This document shows, in pieces, positions 31,696 through 40,755 of a DNA stretch of 64,000 nt; within the stretch, counting starts at the first letter, position 1, and the number at the start of each line of letters is the position of its first letter. Below the pieces are notes generated by a model. It was not told where the DNA came from and did not search any database. It saw only the letters and a list, made by a program, of their open reading frames with translations. The DNA is taken from contig OZ271854.1 in the NCBI GenBank assembly GCA_965601925.1, positions 1,408,001 through 1,472,000 on the forward strand, written 5' to 3'. The translations under genes and the position numbers were made by a program. Source of the DNA: Alkalispirochaeta sp. (GTDB lineage Bacteria; Spirochaetota; Spirochaetia; DSM-27196; Alkalispirochaetaceae).

Positions 31696-31928
31696 GCGAG
31701 GATTGTACCACGACGCGCCGTCGAGGCAACGTGACGCCGCCGTTCACGGCTCATCACGTCTCACGACGTGTCAGCGAGCCGGTCTTGCGCACACATATCA
31801 CGATGCGAGACGCATTGTGCGACCGTTTTGTTCGACTTTCTTCAGCCGATTCACTATTCTTGTGTATAGGATCAGTTGGGGCTTCGTGAGCCGGCTCGTA
31901 CGGGACACCTTTTCCGATCTTAGGTTCG

Positions 31929-31958
31929 AAGACCGCACCGTTATCGGGCGGTCTTTTT
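31929..31958 (+). terminator. Rho-independent terminator upstream of rpe with no upstream CDS on this strand
   Basis: AAGACCGCACCG-TTAT-CGGGCGGTCTT followed by a T tract. Confidence 0.7.
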
Positions 31959-31991
31959 ATATGCACCGCGATCCACTATGCTCTCAATGCT

Positions 31992-32675
31992 ATGATTGAC
32001 CGGACGATCCACCTCAGTCCCTCGCTGTTGTCGGCGGATTACGGCGCGTTGCGAGACCAGGCGCTCGCGGCGACGGAAGCGGGCGGAGACTCGATCCACA
32101 TCGATATCATGGACGGCCACTACGTGCACAACCTTTCCTTCGGTCTCGATCTCATTCCGGCTCTCAAGCGGCACGTTCGCGTTCCCGTGGTAGCACATTT
32201 GGAGATCGCCCATCCCGACTCGTGGATAAACGACGTCGCACACTCGGGCGCCGATATGATCGTCGTGCAGGAGGATGCGTGCCCCAATCTTCCGCACACC
32301 GTGTCGGCTATTCGAAGGTCGGGAGCCGCGGCCGGCATCGGGATCAATCCCGATAGAACATTCCGTCGGATCGAAGCGCATCCGCACGTCCTCTCCGAGA
32401 TAGATCTGTTGATCGTGATGGGAGTCTATCCCGGCTTCGGCGGGCAGGTATTCGCCGCGACGACTACATCCAACATTCGTACAGCCGTCGGCCTCCGCGA
32501 ACAGACCGCCTCACACTTTGAAATCGCGGTGGACGGCGGTGTTAACGTCGCCACAATACCCGATATCGTGGCCGCCGGCGCGCGATACCTCATCGCCGGA
32601 TCGAGTGTCTTTTCGGGAGATATCGCAACGAACATGGAAAACCTCCGCACGGCCGCACGCGGCGCGTCCGCCTAA
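31992..32675 (+). CDS. rpe: Ribulose-phosphate 3-epimerase family protein
   Basis: SPSLLSAD, HIDIMDGHYV, HLEI, M.VYPGFGGQ, VDGG and AGS; substrate could be another ketose phosphate. Confidence 0.88.
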   Translation: MIDRTIHLSPSLLSADYGALRDQALAATEAGGDSIHIDIMDGHYVHNLSFGLDLIPALKRHVRVPVVAHLEIAHPDSWINDVAHSGADMIVVQEDACPNLPHTVSAIRRSGAAAGIGINPDRTFRRIEAHPHVLSEIDLLIVMGVYPGFGGQVFAATTTSNIRTAVGLREQTASHFEIAVDGGVNVATIPDIVAAGARYLIAGSSVFSGDIATNMENLRTAARGASA

Positions 32676-32725
32676 CGGCGACCGGCAGCGGCGGTTCGAC
32701 CGGACCGTCGCCGTCGCTGCGTATA

Positions 32726-33331
32726 CTACCGGCGGTGGAGGCCGATCCCAACGAGATAGCTCTCGAACGATTCGCTCCGAACGGCTTTAGGGCGAAACAG
32801 AAAGCCGCGCTCATACCGCGTACGGAGTTCTTTCAAGAGCTCCCGTTCGCCACCCCCTTGAAACACCTTGCACACGAGCACACCACCGCTCGAGAGCCAT
32901 TGCTCGGCATAGGCTACGATCAACTCCACCAGCGCCTCGCTCCGTCCCGTGTCGACGATTCGATTGCCGGTGGTCGCGGGCGCCGCGTCGCTCAACACCG
33001 CATCGAACGGCCCCGCCTCCGCAAGGCGCTGCGCAACGGCCGGATCGGTGAAGTCTCCGACGAGGCACTCCGCGCCGGTGACCTGCATCTCCTGAAGGTC
33101 GACTGCGACCACATCGGCGCCCCGTTCTACGGCGTACTGCGTCCACGATCCCGGTGCGGCACCCAGGTCGAGCACACGGAACGCCGGTCGAGCGCCCCCA
33201 TTCCGAGCCCGCGGAAAGATCTCGAACTTCTCGTCGATCGCTTCGAGTTTGTATACGCTTCGCGCGCGATACCCTTCGGTCCGGGCACGGCGCGCGAGAT
33301 GGTCCTGTCGTCGTCGGCCTTTCTTTGCCAT
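32726..33331 (-). CDS. rlmE: 23S rRNA Um2552 methyltransferase RlmE/FtsJ
   Basis: GYRARSVYKL, DLGAAPGSW, SDAAP and K...RSESFE. Confidence 0.92.
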   Translation of the reverse strand: MAKKGRRRQDHLARRARTEGYRARSVYKLEAIDEKFEIFPRARNGGARPAFRVLDLGAAPGSWTQYAVERGADVVAVDLQEMQVTGAECLVGDFTDPAVAQRLAEAGPFDAVLSDAAPATTGNRIVDTGRSEALVELIVAYAEQWLSSGGVLVCKVFQGGGERELLKELRTRYERGFLFRPKAVRSESFESYLVGIGLHRR

Positions 33332-33353
33332 CGATACCGCGGATTGCACCGCC

Positions 33354-34355
33354 TCAGCGTGCGCCGTCTCCCGCGGAAACCAGCGCGTCGAGAAACCATT
33401 GCAACGCCATATCGGCCTGATCGGGCAGATCCTCGTGGCCGAAGTCGGGGTAGAGGATCATACGCTTGGATCGTACCGAACCGAGACGGTTGTACGCGGC
33501 GAACTGGCTGGACGGGGGACATATCTCGTCCATGAGACCGGTAACCATCACCACCTCGCCCTCGATTCGTTCGGCAAGGTACTGTACGTCGATGTAGCCC
33601 AGACGTCCGAAGAACTCATCGATACGGTCGTGGCGCGGATCGCGACGCTTGAGCCAATGGCGAATCTCCTCGTAGGCTGAGTCGCCCGCCTCGAGATCCC
33701 AGACCCTCCGATAGTCGCTCAAGAAAGGGTACACCGCCCAGGCGTGGCCGATGCGCCGATCAAGTGCGGCGCAGGCGAGCGTGAGAGCGCCGCCTTGGCT
33801 CGCGCCATAGGCGCCGAGACGGCCGGAGTCGATGCTCGGCAGCGCTGCGACGAGGCGAACGACCGTTGCCGTATCCAAGAAAATCTGACGATACATTAAA
33901 TCGTCGGGCTCACCCTCGATGCCACGGACGATGTGTCCGCGCTGCGTGTTTCCGGGAAGTCCTCCGGGGTCGGTCGACTCGCCGCCCTGACCTCGTACAT
34001 CGAGGGCGACTACCGCGATACCCGCTGCGGCATAGGGCAAAAGCGACGACCAATCGCCGGCGCTCCCCGTATATCCGTGAAAGCGAAAGATCGCAGGCGC
34101 GGGGCGCGCGGTATCGACGGGAAAGACGCAACGAGCGTGGAGCCGCGCGCCGCGGACTCCGGCACAGTACAGGTCCGAGCACTCCGCGAACGGAACGCGA
34201 AAGGTCGACTCCCGCCACTCGGGATCGAATCCATGCGTCTCCAGCTCATCCAGCTCGGCGAGGGCGCGCTCCCAATAGCGATCGAAATCGATCGGTCGCG
34301 GACTCGACCCGCGATACTCCTCCAGTTTTTTCAAGGACATATCGATCGTCGGCAT
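33354..34355 (-). CDS. Acetylxylan esterase / cephalosporin-C deacetylase (CE7)
   Basis: FHGY, DVRGQ, GASQGG nucleophile, D.ICPPS and GHE. Confidence 0.9.
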   Translation of the reverse strand: MPTIDMSLKKLEEYRGSSPRPIDFDRYWERALAELDELETHGFDPEWRESTFRVPFAECSDLYCAGVRGARLHARCVFPVDTARPAPAIFRFHGYTGSAGDWSSLLPYAAAGIAVVALDVRGQGGESTDPGGLPGNTQRGHIVRGIEGEPDDLMYRQIFLDTATVVRLVAALPSIDSGRLGAYGASQGGALTLACAALDRRIGHAWAVYPFLSDYRRVWDLEAGDSAYEEIRHWLKRRDPRHDRIDEFFGRLGYIDVQYLAERIEGEVVMVTGLMDEICPPSSQFAAYNRLGSVRSKRMILYPDFGHEDLPDQADMALQWFLDALVSAGDGAR

Positions 34356-34496
34356 GGCAGCCAGTCTACCAGAAGGGCCGAGGCCGCCACAATTCCGCCC
34401 CGCGTCGATATCGTAGGGGCCGTCAGCGAGACGTCGTGGTCAGGCCGTCGCCCCGCAGACTTGACCCCGCCGCCACTCCGGCAATACCGTTTTGCA

Positions 34497-35129
34497 ATGA
34501 ACCAACGCACACTCTGGCGGCGACCGCTGCCGTACTATAACGGGAACATCACGTTCATCCTTATCGGAATCAACTTACTCGTCTTTTTCATGACCAATCT
34601 GAACAACAGCATCGCGAGTTATCTGGCGATGAATCCGGTTCTCACGATCGGACAGGGCTTTTGGTGGCAGCCGGTCACCTACATGTTCGCCCACTCGGGT
34701 ATCTCGCACCTGGTCTTCAATATGCTCGGACTGTTCTTCTTCGGTACGCAAGTGGAACGGGAGTTGGGCAGCTGGGAGTTTCTGCTCTTTTATCTTCTGA
34801 CCGGTGTGCTGGCCGGCCTCTTCTCCCTCGCCGTCTATTGGTTTACGCAAAGTTTTCACGTATTCCTCCTCGGCGCCTCGGGTGCGGTCTTTGCGGTGCT
34901 CCTCGCCTTTGCAACCTTCTTCCCCAATGCGGAGATTTTCATATTCGGTATCTTCCCCGTACGGGCGTCGATCCTGGTGCTCGCCTACACCGCCATAGAG
35001 CTCTTCTCCCAAATGCGCGGCGGCCGCGGCAACGTCGCCCACCTCACGCATCTGGCCGGCTTCGCGTTCGCCTACGCCTACTTCGTCGTGCGCCACGGCA
35101 TTAGCCCATGGCGTCGTTTCTTCCGATAG
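34497..35129 (+). CDS. Rhomboid family intramembrane serine protease
   Basis: WQPVTYMFAH, HLVFNM, GASG and AHLTHLAG. Confidence 0.92.
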   Translation: MNQRTLWRRPLPYYNGNITFILIGINLLVFFMTNLNNSIASYLAMNPVLTIGQGFWWQPVTYMFAHSGISHLVFNMLGLFFFGTQVERELGSWEFLLFYLLTGVLAGLFSLAVYWFTQSFHVFLLGASGAVFAVLLAFATFFPNAEIFIFGIFPVRASILVLAYTAIELFSQMRGGRGNVAHLTHLAGFAFAYAYFVVRHGISPWRRFFR

Positions 35130-35208
35130 CGACCGACAGGAGTGCGTCGAATCTCCCGCCACGGTTCGGCGACTCGATCACGTGCGCTCTTCCGCCGATA
35201 ATCGAATC

Positions 35209-35964
35209 GTGAGACGATCGAACGCGCGGCGGAGCGCACTCCATAGCCGAGAGGCGCGCGACGCCCGCACCATCCGTAGAGCGCGATCGGTGTTGCCGTG
35301 GGGTAGAACGGTGGGCGTCGTCGTGTACGCACTTCTCGTCACGATATCGTCGGTTGCACAAACGGCGACACCTCCCGCGCCGTACGACGGGGTAATCACG
35401 CTTGAGATTTGGTCGACCGACGACCGCATCATCCACGGTGAGGAGTCGGTGGAGCGCCGCCTGCTGCAGGAGGGGCGCTATACCCTTTCCGGTATGATAC
35501 ACGGGTGGGAGTTTGTGTACGTGCCGGAGTATCCCGCGCGAAGTGTGGAGCGTCTATTCGAGCTCACTCCACTGGGGGAGATCGCGTGGGGAGATCCGCG
35601 TCTTACGGTGCGTGATCTTCGCGACGAACGCACTACCGTCTACGGACAGCTCGATTATCGCCTCTCGGAGGTCGACCGGGCGCGCGTGCGACGGTGGCGC
35701 AACCTTACGGCGGTCCGTTCCGACGGATTCGGCTCCGCGCCCCTGCTTCTCGGGCTTGGCGGCAAGGAGCAGTCGATCGAAGAGGCGATTCATCGGGCGA
35801 TACGCGACCATTTGCGCAGCCGCAGCTTCAACCGTCCCCGGGAGGCGACGGGTCTGGTCGTATTGGCCGAACCGCCCGACGTCAGAACCGTAGCGGGAAC
35901 GTACGAAGCGCGAGTTTCGGTGCTCGTACACCTCATCGAGGTGGTGGAGTATCGTGTGTTTTAG
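35209..35964 (+). CDS. Hypothetical exported protein
   Basis: Protein-like ORF with an N-terminal hydrophobic segment; GTG 6 nt after GATAAT; function unknown. Confidence 0.6.
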   Translation: MRRSNARRSALHSREARDARTIRRARSVLPWGRTVGVVVYALLVTISSVAQTATPPAPYDGVITLEIWSTDDRIIHGEESVERRLLQEGRYTLSGMIHGWEFVYVPEYPARSVERLFELTPLGEIAWGDPRLTVRDLRDERTTVYGQLDYRLSEVDRARVRRWRNLTAVRSDGFGSAPLLLGLGGKEQSIEEAIHRAIRDHLRSRSFNRPREATGLVVLAEPPDVRTVAGTYEARVSVLVHLIEVVEYRVF

Positions 35965-35994
35965 CCGGCCGCGACGCCGCACGACGCCACGACC

Positions 35995-37104
35995 CTATCG
36001 TCCCTTGTATCGTCTCATCTCCATGGCGATTCGCTTCCATTTCCTCTGCTCCTCCGCCTCTGCGCGAGCATCCCTCCGCCGTTCGAGATAGGCGAGTTCC
36101 TTCTGCATATCGAGATAGCGTGCGTAGCGCTCGTAGGGGAGCTCCCCCGTTGCAAGGGCCTCTTGGACGCGACAGCCGGGTTCGCCCTCGTGGCGACAGT
36201 CCGAGAAACGACACTCGGCGGCAAACTCCTCAATCTCGGGAAATGCCGCGTCGAGATCGCCCTCGTCGCCCCAGAGTTGTAACTCTCGCAGTCCCGGGAC
36301 GTCGGCCACCAAGGGGCCGTCCGGAATGAGATATAGCTCCTTGTGCGTCGTCGTGTGGCGCCCCTGTAGATCGCCCGCCCGCTGCGCACCCTCTCGGGCG
36401 AGCTCGGTGAGCCCGGCCCGACGCGCAAATGCATTGAGGAGCGCCGATTTGCCGACGCCGCTCTTGCCGAGCATGCCGATCGTCCGGCTCTGCCCGGCGT
36501 GGTTGAGCAGCTCGTCGAGACCGTCGCCGCGGACGGCGCTCACCGCGCAGACGGGAACTCCGGGAGCGAGGGCTTCCGCCTCGCGGTGTACGCTCCGTAT
36601 GTAGTCTTCCTGGGCGCAGTCGGTCTTGTTGAGCACGACGACCGGTTGGGCGCCGGAGTTCCATGCAGCAATAACCGCTCGCTCCAGCATGCCGACGGTG
36701 AAGTTGCGCCCCCCGTCGAGACCGAACACCAAAAGCAATACGTCGATATTGGCGGCGATAACCTGCTCGACGGTTTCGCCTCCGGCGACGTTGCGACTCA
36801 CGGCGCTCCGGCGCGGAAGGAGCCGCTGAATCCGCCCGTTGTCCGACTCGATTAAGACCCAATCGCCGACCGTGGGATAGTCCACCGGGCCTGCGGCGCG
36901 GTACGCAAATGCACCGGACACTTCGGCGGCTCGGTGCGTCGCGTCGGGAGCGGCGACGATTTCATAATGGTGGTGCACCTGTCGAACGACGCGTCCCGGG
37001 ACGAGATGGGGCTCGTCGGTGCGGAGCAGCGCTCCCCACTCGCGATCCCAGCCCCACCTCACCAACGCGGGGTATCTATGTTCGAACGAATGTTCTCGTT
37101 CCAT
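35995..37104 (-). CDS. rsgA: Ribosome small subunit-dependent GTPase A (long form)
   Basis: VGDWV, AANID, NKTD, GKSGVGKS, GRHTTT, DVPG and CRFSDCRH..EPGC. Confidence 0.93.
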   Translation of the reverse strand: MEREHSFEHRYPALVRWGWDREWGALLRTDEPHLVPGRVVRQVHHHYEIVAAPDATHRAAEVSGAFAYRAAGPVDYPTVGDWVLIESDNGRIQRLLPRRSAVSRNVAGGETVEQVIAANIDVLLLVFGLDGGRNFTVGMLERAVIAAWNSGAQPVVVLNKTDCAQEDYIRSVHREAEALAPGVPVCAVSAVRGDGLDELLNHAGQSRTIGMLGKSGVGKSALLNAFARRAGLTELAREGAQRAGDLQGRHTTTHKELYLIPDGPLVADVPGLRELQLWGDEGDLDAAFPEIEEFAAECRFSDCRHEGEPGCRVQEALATGELPYERYARYLDMQKELAYLERRRDARAEAEEQRKWKRIAMEMRRYKGR

Positions 37105-37112
37105 GACCTCTC

Positions 37113-37493
37113 CTACTCCTTAACCAAACGCGAGCTCATCAGCATCTCCAGGGGAAAGGGGAGACGCGATAAGGGTCGTGCCGCGATCGCCAAAAGCGAT
37201 GCTTCGTCGTCGTCCCCCGCAATCCGGTTGGACCGAATGAAACCGCACCGCTCGCAACGATGCAAAATGCTCCACTCTCCGTTTCCCTGGACCCATACCG
37301 CTATCGGAATCATCAGCCCTCCACATCCGGATCGCCGATCTCCGGAGCGCAGATCGACGTGCTTGGAGCACAGACAATGCGGACAGTGGTTACGATTGGC
37401 CGTGCCGGAATCCGTCGCTTCGACGGTCCGGCCACAATGTTCGCAGACGAATGTCTCGCTCGACTCGCTGCCAACGCCGTGACTTCTGGACAT
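37113..37493 (-). CDS. RNHCP domain-containing protein
   Basis: CEHC...RNHCPHCLCSKHVD...GDR...C...HRCERCG. Confidence 0.9.
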   Translation of the reverse strand: MSRSHGVGSESSETFVCEHCGRTVEATDSGTANRNHCPHCLCSKHVDLRSGDRRSGCGGLMIPIAVWVQGNGEWSILHRCERCGFIRSNRIAGDDDEASLLAIAARPLSRLPFPLEMLMSSRLVKE

Positions 37494-37620
37494 GGGAATA
37501 CCCTCGATGCCGTCACGAAATATGTATTGTGTGGTAGTAGATGCTCTGTTCGTTCGAGCTGACGTGAAGGACTACTTCACGGTGTGACTTGTGGGTTTAC
37601 TCTCAAGAAAGGTGGGATGG

Positions 37621-37658
37621 GAAAGAAAAGAGTCGTTCGACCAACGGTCGTATGAACG
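37621..37658 (-). terminator. Attenuator-like terminator in the RNHCP-rsgA leader
   Basis: Bulged hairpin CGTT/CGACC...GGTCG/AACG followed on the minus strand by ACTCTTTTCTTTC. Confidence 0.55.
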
Positions 37659-37660
37659 CT

Positions 37661-37711
37661 CTACCGCTCCTCACCTCCGAACACGAGCACCCTTCGTACC
37701 GTGGCAGACAT
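37661..37711 (-). CDS. Putative 16-aa leader peptide MSATVRRVLVFGGEER
   Basis: GAGGAGG RBS at 37718-37724; TTGACG-N18-TATCCT promoter upstream; terminator-like hairpin immediately after the stop. Confidence 0.65.
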   Translation of the reverse strand: MSATVRRVLVFGGEER

Positions 37712-37893
37712 TAACGACCTCCTCATAACAAAAGATGGTCCAGGATATCCGCGAGATGGCATCATCGTCAAGTGCGTATGCGCGTCTACGCGGACGCGTT
37801 CCGTGACCGGGCAGGCCCGGCGAAGTCGATGCCCGTGATCCAATTGAGGACGCTACACGGCGGGACGCCGCAGGTCGAGTCACGGTTCGATAA

Positions 37894-38640
37894 TCACGCC
37901 GTAAGGAGAAGCGGCCGTTCCGCGGTGACGAGGAGTGTATGCTCGAGGTGCGCCGATACGTTACCGCGCCCGACGCCGATAGACCAGCCGTCGGCGTCTT
38001 CGGCGGTTCTCGGCCTTCTTTCGGCGATCATCGGCTCGATGGCGACCACCATGCCGTCGCCGAACACGTCGCGCTGGCGCTTGATCCGGTAGTTGGGGAT
38101 GGTAGGCTCCTCGTGGATGGTACGCCCGAGTCCGTGACCGCACAGCTCCCGCACGACGTGAAATCCCGCCGCGTTCACCGACCGCTCGATCGCACCGCCG
38201 ACTTCATTGACCGGTACTCCGGCGCGCACCACGGCCAACGCCGCGGAGAGCGCCGCCTCGCACGCCGCTATCAGGCGCTCTCCGGCCCGGTTGGCACCGC
38301 GTCCGCCGACCACAACCGTGCGCGCCGTGTCGGCGACGAAGCCGCGATACTCCGGCGTCACGTCGATCGATACGACGTCACCGATTTCCAGGGGACGCTC
38401 GTCGGGCAATCCGTGAACCACGACGTCGTTTACCGAATAAAAGGCGTTGCACGGCGCATCGTAATGCCGTTTGGGGGCCGATACGGCTCCCGCGGCGGTC
38501 AAGAGTTTTCCGCACAACCGGTCGAGGGCCGCGGTCGTCTCCTTGGACCGGACACGCTCTACGAGCGCGGACAAGATATCTCGCGCAATCCTCGAAGCCG
38601 CGATGACTCCGTCGAACTCTTCTTGCGTGGTGATCGACAC
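37894..38640 (-). CDS. map: Type I methionine aminopeptidase
   Basis: SVNDVVVHGLP, D...DTA, GHGLG..IHEEP, IEPM and AHLEHT. Confidence 0.92.
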   Translation of the reverse strand: MSITTQEEFDGVIAASRIARDILSALVERVRSKETTAALDRLCGKLLTAAGAVSAPKRHYDAPCNAFYSVNDVVVHGLPDERPLEIGDVVSIDVTPEYRGFVADTARTVVVGGRGANRAGERLIAACEAALSAALAVVRAGVPVNEVGGAIERSVNAAGFHVVRELCGHGLGRTIHEEPTIPNYRIKRQRDVFGDGMVVAIEPMIAERRPRTAEDADGWSIGVGRGNVSAHLEHTLLVTAERPLLLTA

Positions 38641-40025
38641 TACTCCGTATCTCCTTTGGCCGGTCCGTTTCTTCCGCGACGCTCGCCCGCCACCGTCGAC
38701 CGAATGGCTAAGATACGGCGCGGACGAAAAAGGAGCAACGCGGCGCGTCCGACCGACCAGTCGCCGAGCCGATCCAACCGGCTCACTACGATTACGGCCG
38801 CCAACACCACTCCCGCGGCGATACGAAAGTACGTGCGATAGATATCCATACCGAGAAAGCCCTCACTCGCCAATACCGAGAGCAAGCCGCCGCCGAAGAC
38901 CGCACCGATGAGGCCGGTGGTCGCTCCGGTGGCGGTTCTGAAGATGATTGCACTTCCGACACGGTCGGATCCCGAGGTGACGTTGAGGAAGTAGTGGTTT
39001 GCGGCGGATAGTATCCCGAACTTGCAATACCCCGCCAAGAAAAACGCGCCGATCGTCGGCCCGACCGCCAATGTGTCGGCCGCAAAGGCCCAGTATGCGG
39101 CGATCATCGTCAGGGTCGCTACATAGATAATGAGAAGCGGCCGCGGACCGACCTCGTCGGCGATGACGCCGTTGACGAGACTGGCCGTCATGCCGCCCAA
39201 CAAGGTCAACAGCGTGAAACCGAGGGCTTGGTAGTCTGAAATGCCGTATCCGTTCTTGAGCGTGATAATCGCAAAGGGGATAACCAACGTGAAGGATGCG
39301 AAGCTTGCGATCCACGCAAAGAGTAGCTTGCGCATTCTTGCAACCCGCCACACGCGACGGACCGTGTCGCGCAAGGGCAGACTCGCCGACTCTCGGGGCA
39401 CGCCCGACTCGGGTACGCGATTGAGGACGATTCCGACGTAAATTCCGATTGCGGCCCCGACGGCGATCATCGCCTGAAAGACACTCGTCGAGGAGCTCCG
39501 TCTGAGGAGAAGGATCACGATGGTCAACGTGATCATTTGGGTCATCGTGGCTCGAGCCCAATTTCCCGACAAGAAGCGTCCCCGATCGTCGGCGGTGGTA
39601 ATCTCTCCGATGACGGGTGAGTTCCCCACCAGTCCGATTGCGCGAAACGCGGCAAACCCAAAACCGCCGACAAGGATGATCGCCGTACGTATCGCCTGCG
39701 GCGCACTGCCGGGCACGAAAGGTGCGGCAATCATGATCGCGGCGGAGACGCTTCGGAGTAGCCACCCCGTGCCCCAGGTCCGCGCCGCTCCGTGGCGCGC
39801 AATCGATACCTTTCCGAGGACCATGAAGGGCATCGTGAGGTGCATGAAGGAGGCCAACGTGGCGACGGCCGCGTCTCCCAGTCCGTTTCGAATCGCGTAG
39901 AGGATGAGCATGCTATCGAGGAGCAACGCCACGGAGACGCCGTTGAGGGTCGCGAAGCGCCGCACCAAACGCTGTCCTCGATCGATATCGGAAGATGCCA
40001 GTCTGCGAGAGGGTAACGCCGCCAC
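38640..40025 (-). CDS. MFS transporter
   Basis: About 12 hydrophobic segments; DRGRF and GVIADEVGPRP loop motifs. Confidence 0.8.
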   Translation of the reverse strand: MAALPSRRLASSDIDRGQRLVRRFATLNGVSVALLLDSMLILYAIRNGLGDAAVATLASFMHLTMPFMVLGKVSIARHGAARTWGTGWLLRSVSAAIMIAAPFVPGSAPQAIRTAIILVGGFGFAAFRAIGLVGNSPVIGEITTADDRGRFLSGNWARATMTQMITLTIVILLLRRSSSTSVFQAMIAVGAAIGIYVGIVLNRVPESGVPRESASLPLRDTVRRVWRVARMRKLLFAWIASFASFTLVIPFAIITLKNGYGISDYQALGFTLLTLLGGMTASLVNGVIADEVGPRPLLIIYVATLTMIAAYWAFAADTLAVGPTIGAFFLAGYCKFGILSAANHYFLNVTSGSDRVGSAIIFRTATGATTGLIGAVFGGGLLSVLASEGFLGMDIYRTYFRIAAGVVLAAVIVVSRLDRLGDWSVGRAALLLFRPRRILAIRSTVAGERRGRNGPAKGDTE

Positions 40026-40085
40026 AACGGGTCTCAGTGTACGGACTTGGGCAGCCTCCGTACAGAGCTCGGGATCGCCGACGCG

Positions 40086-40589
40086 CTACGAACGCGCCGA
40101 ACCATCTCCGTCGGCGATATCCGGCGGCCACGCTACGACAAACTCCTCGAACACGACGGGAATGTCGTCGGAGAAGGGAACACCGAGACGTTCGTGTTCG
40201 GAACGAAAAAATCGTCGGTGCTCTTCGAGCCAATAGTTGCGACTCTTGTCACCCTCGCCCTCGCGCCACGCAAACTCGTCGGTAACGCTCGAAAGCGGTG
40301 CAATGTGCACCGATACGGTACGAATGATGCACCGGGCGCATCGTGCGCCGTCGTAAACAATCGAGTAGTCACCGGACCGCGGAACCGGTTCGTCGGAGTG
40401 TCGGAGACTTTCCACGCTCGTTGCGGTGGCGCGTTTGGTCCCGGCTACGACCAGTTCCGCCAGTTCGGTCTCCATCGCCTCTCCGAGTCCGAACGCCCAC
40501 GCTCCCGGCGAACGCGTCGAGTCCGCGTGGGCGGCGGCTCCCGTCGCATCCAGAAAATCGTTCCACATAGCCTTTGCCGACTCGTTCAT
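40086..40589 (-). CDS. ASCH domain-containing protein
   Basis: AFG...LAELVVAGTKRAT, EGEGD.S..YW..H and VVFEEF. Confidence 0.88.
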   Translation of the reverse strand: MNESAKAMWNDFLDATGAAAHADSTRSPGAWAFGLGEAMETELAELVVAGTKRATATSVESLRHSDEPVPRSGDYSIVYDGARCARCIIRTVSVHIAPLSSVTDEFAWREGEGDKSRNYWLEEHRRFFRSEHERLGVPFSDDIPVVFEEFVVAWPPDIADGDGSARS

Positions 40590-40645
40590 ACGAGGACCGT
40601 AGCGCGCCGCTCCAACGGTGTGCAACAATACGCGCTCTTTCTTTG

Positions 40646-40755
40646 AAAAAACGCCGGAGCGGACAAAGCCGCCGGACCGGCTTTGCAGCTCAGTTGGGTA
40701 TGCGGTATACCTACGTCACCCTTGTAGCCTTCCCCTACACGCTCCGGGATGCGTT
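40646..40755. ncRNA. Candidate four-way-junction structured RNA or complex terminator
   Basis: Closing stem CCGGAGCG/CGCTCCGG encloses three hairpins; T6 tract follows on the minus strand; no family recognised. Confidence 0.35.

Noticed and set aside
40646..40755. tRNA, hammerhead ribozyme or a known riboswitch (glycine, TPP, c-di-GMP, yybP)
   Set aside because: No T-loop or CCA, no CUGANGA/GAAA core, and the conserved aptamer motifs are absent or out of order; kept only as an unknown structured RNA
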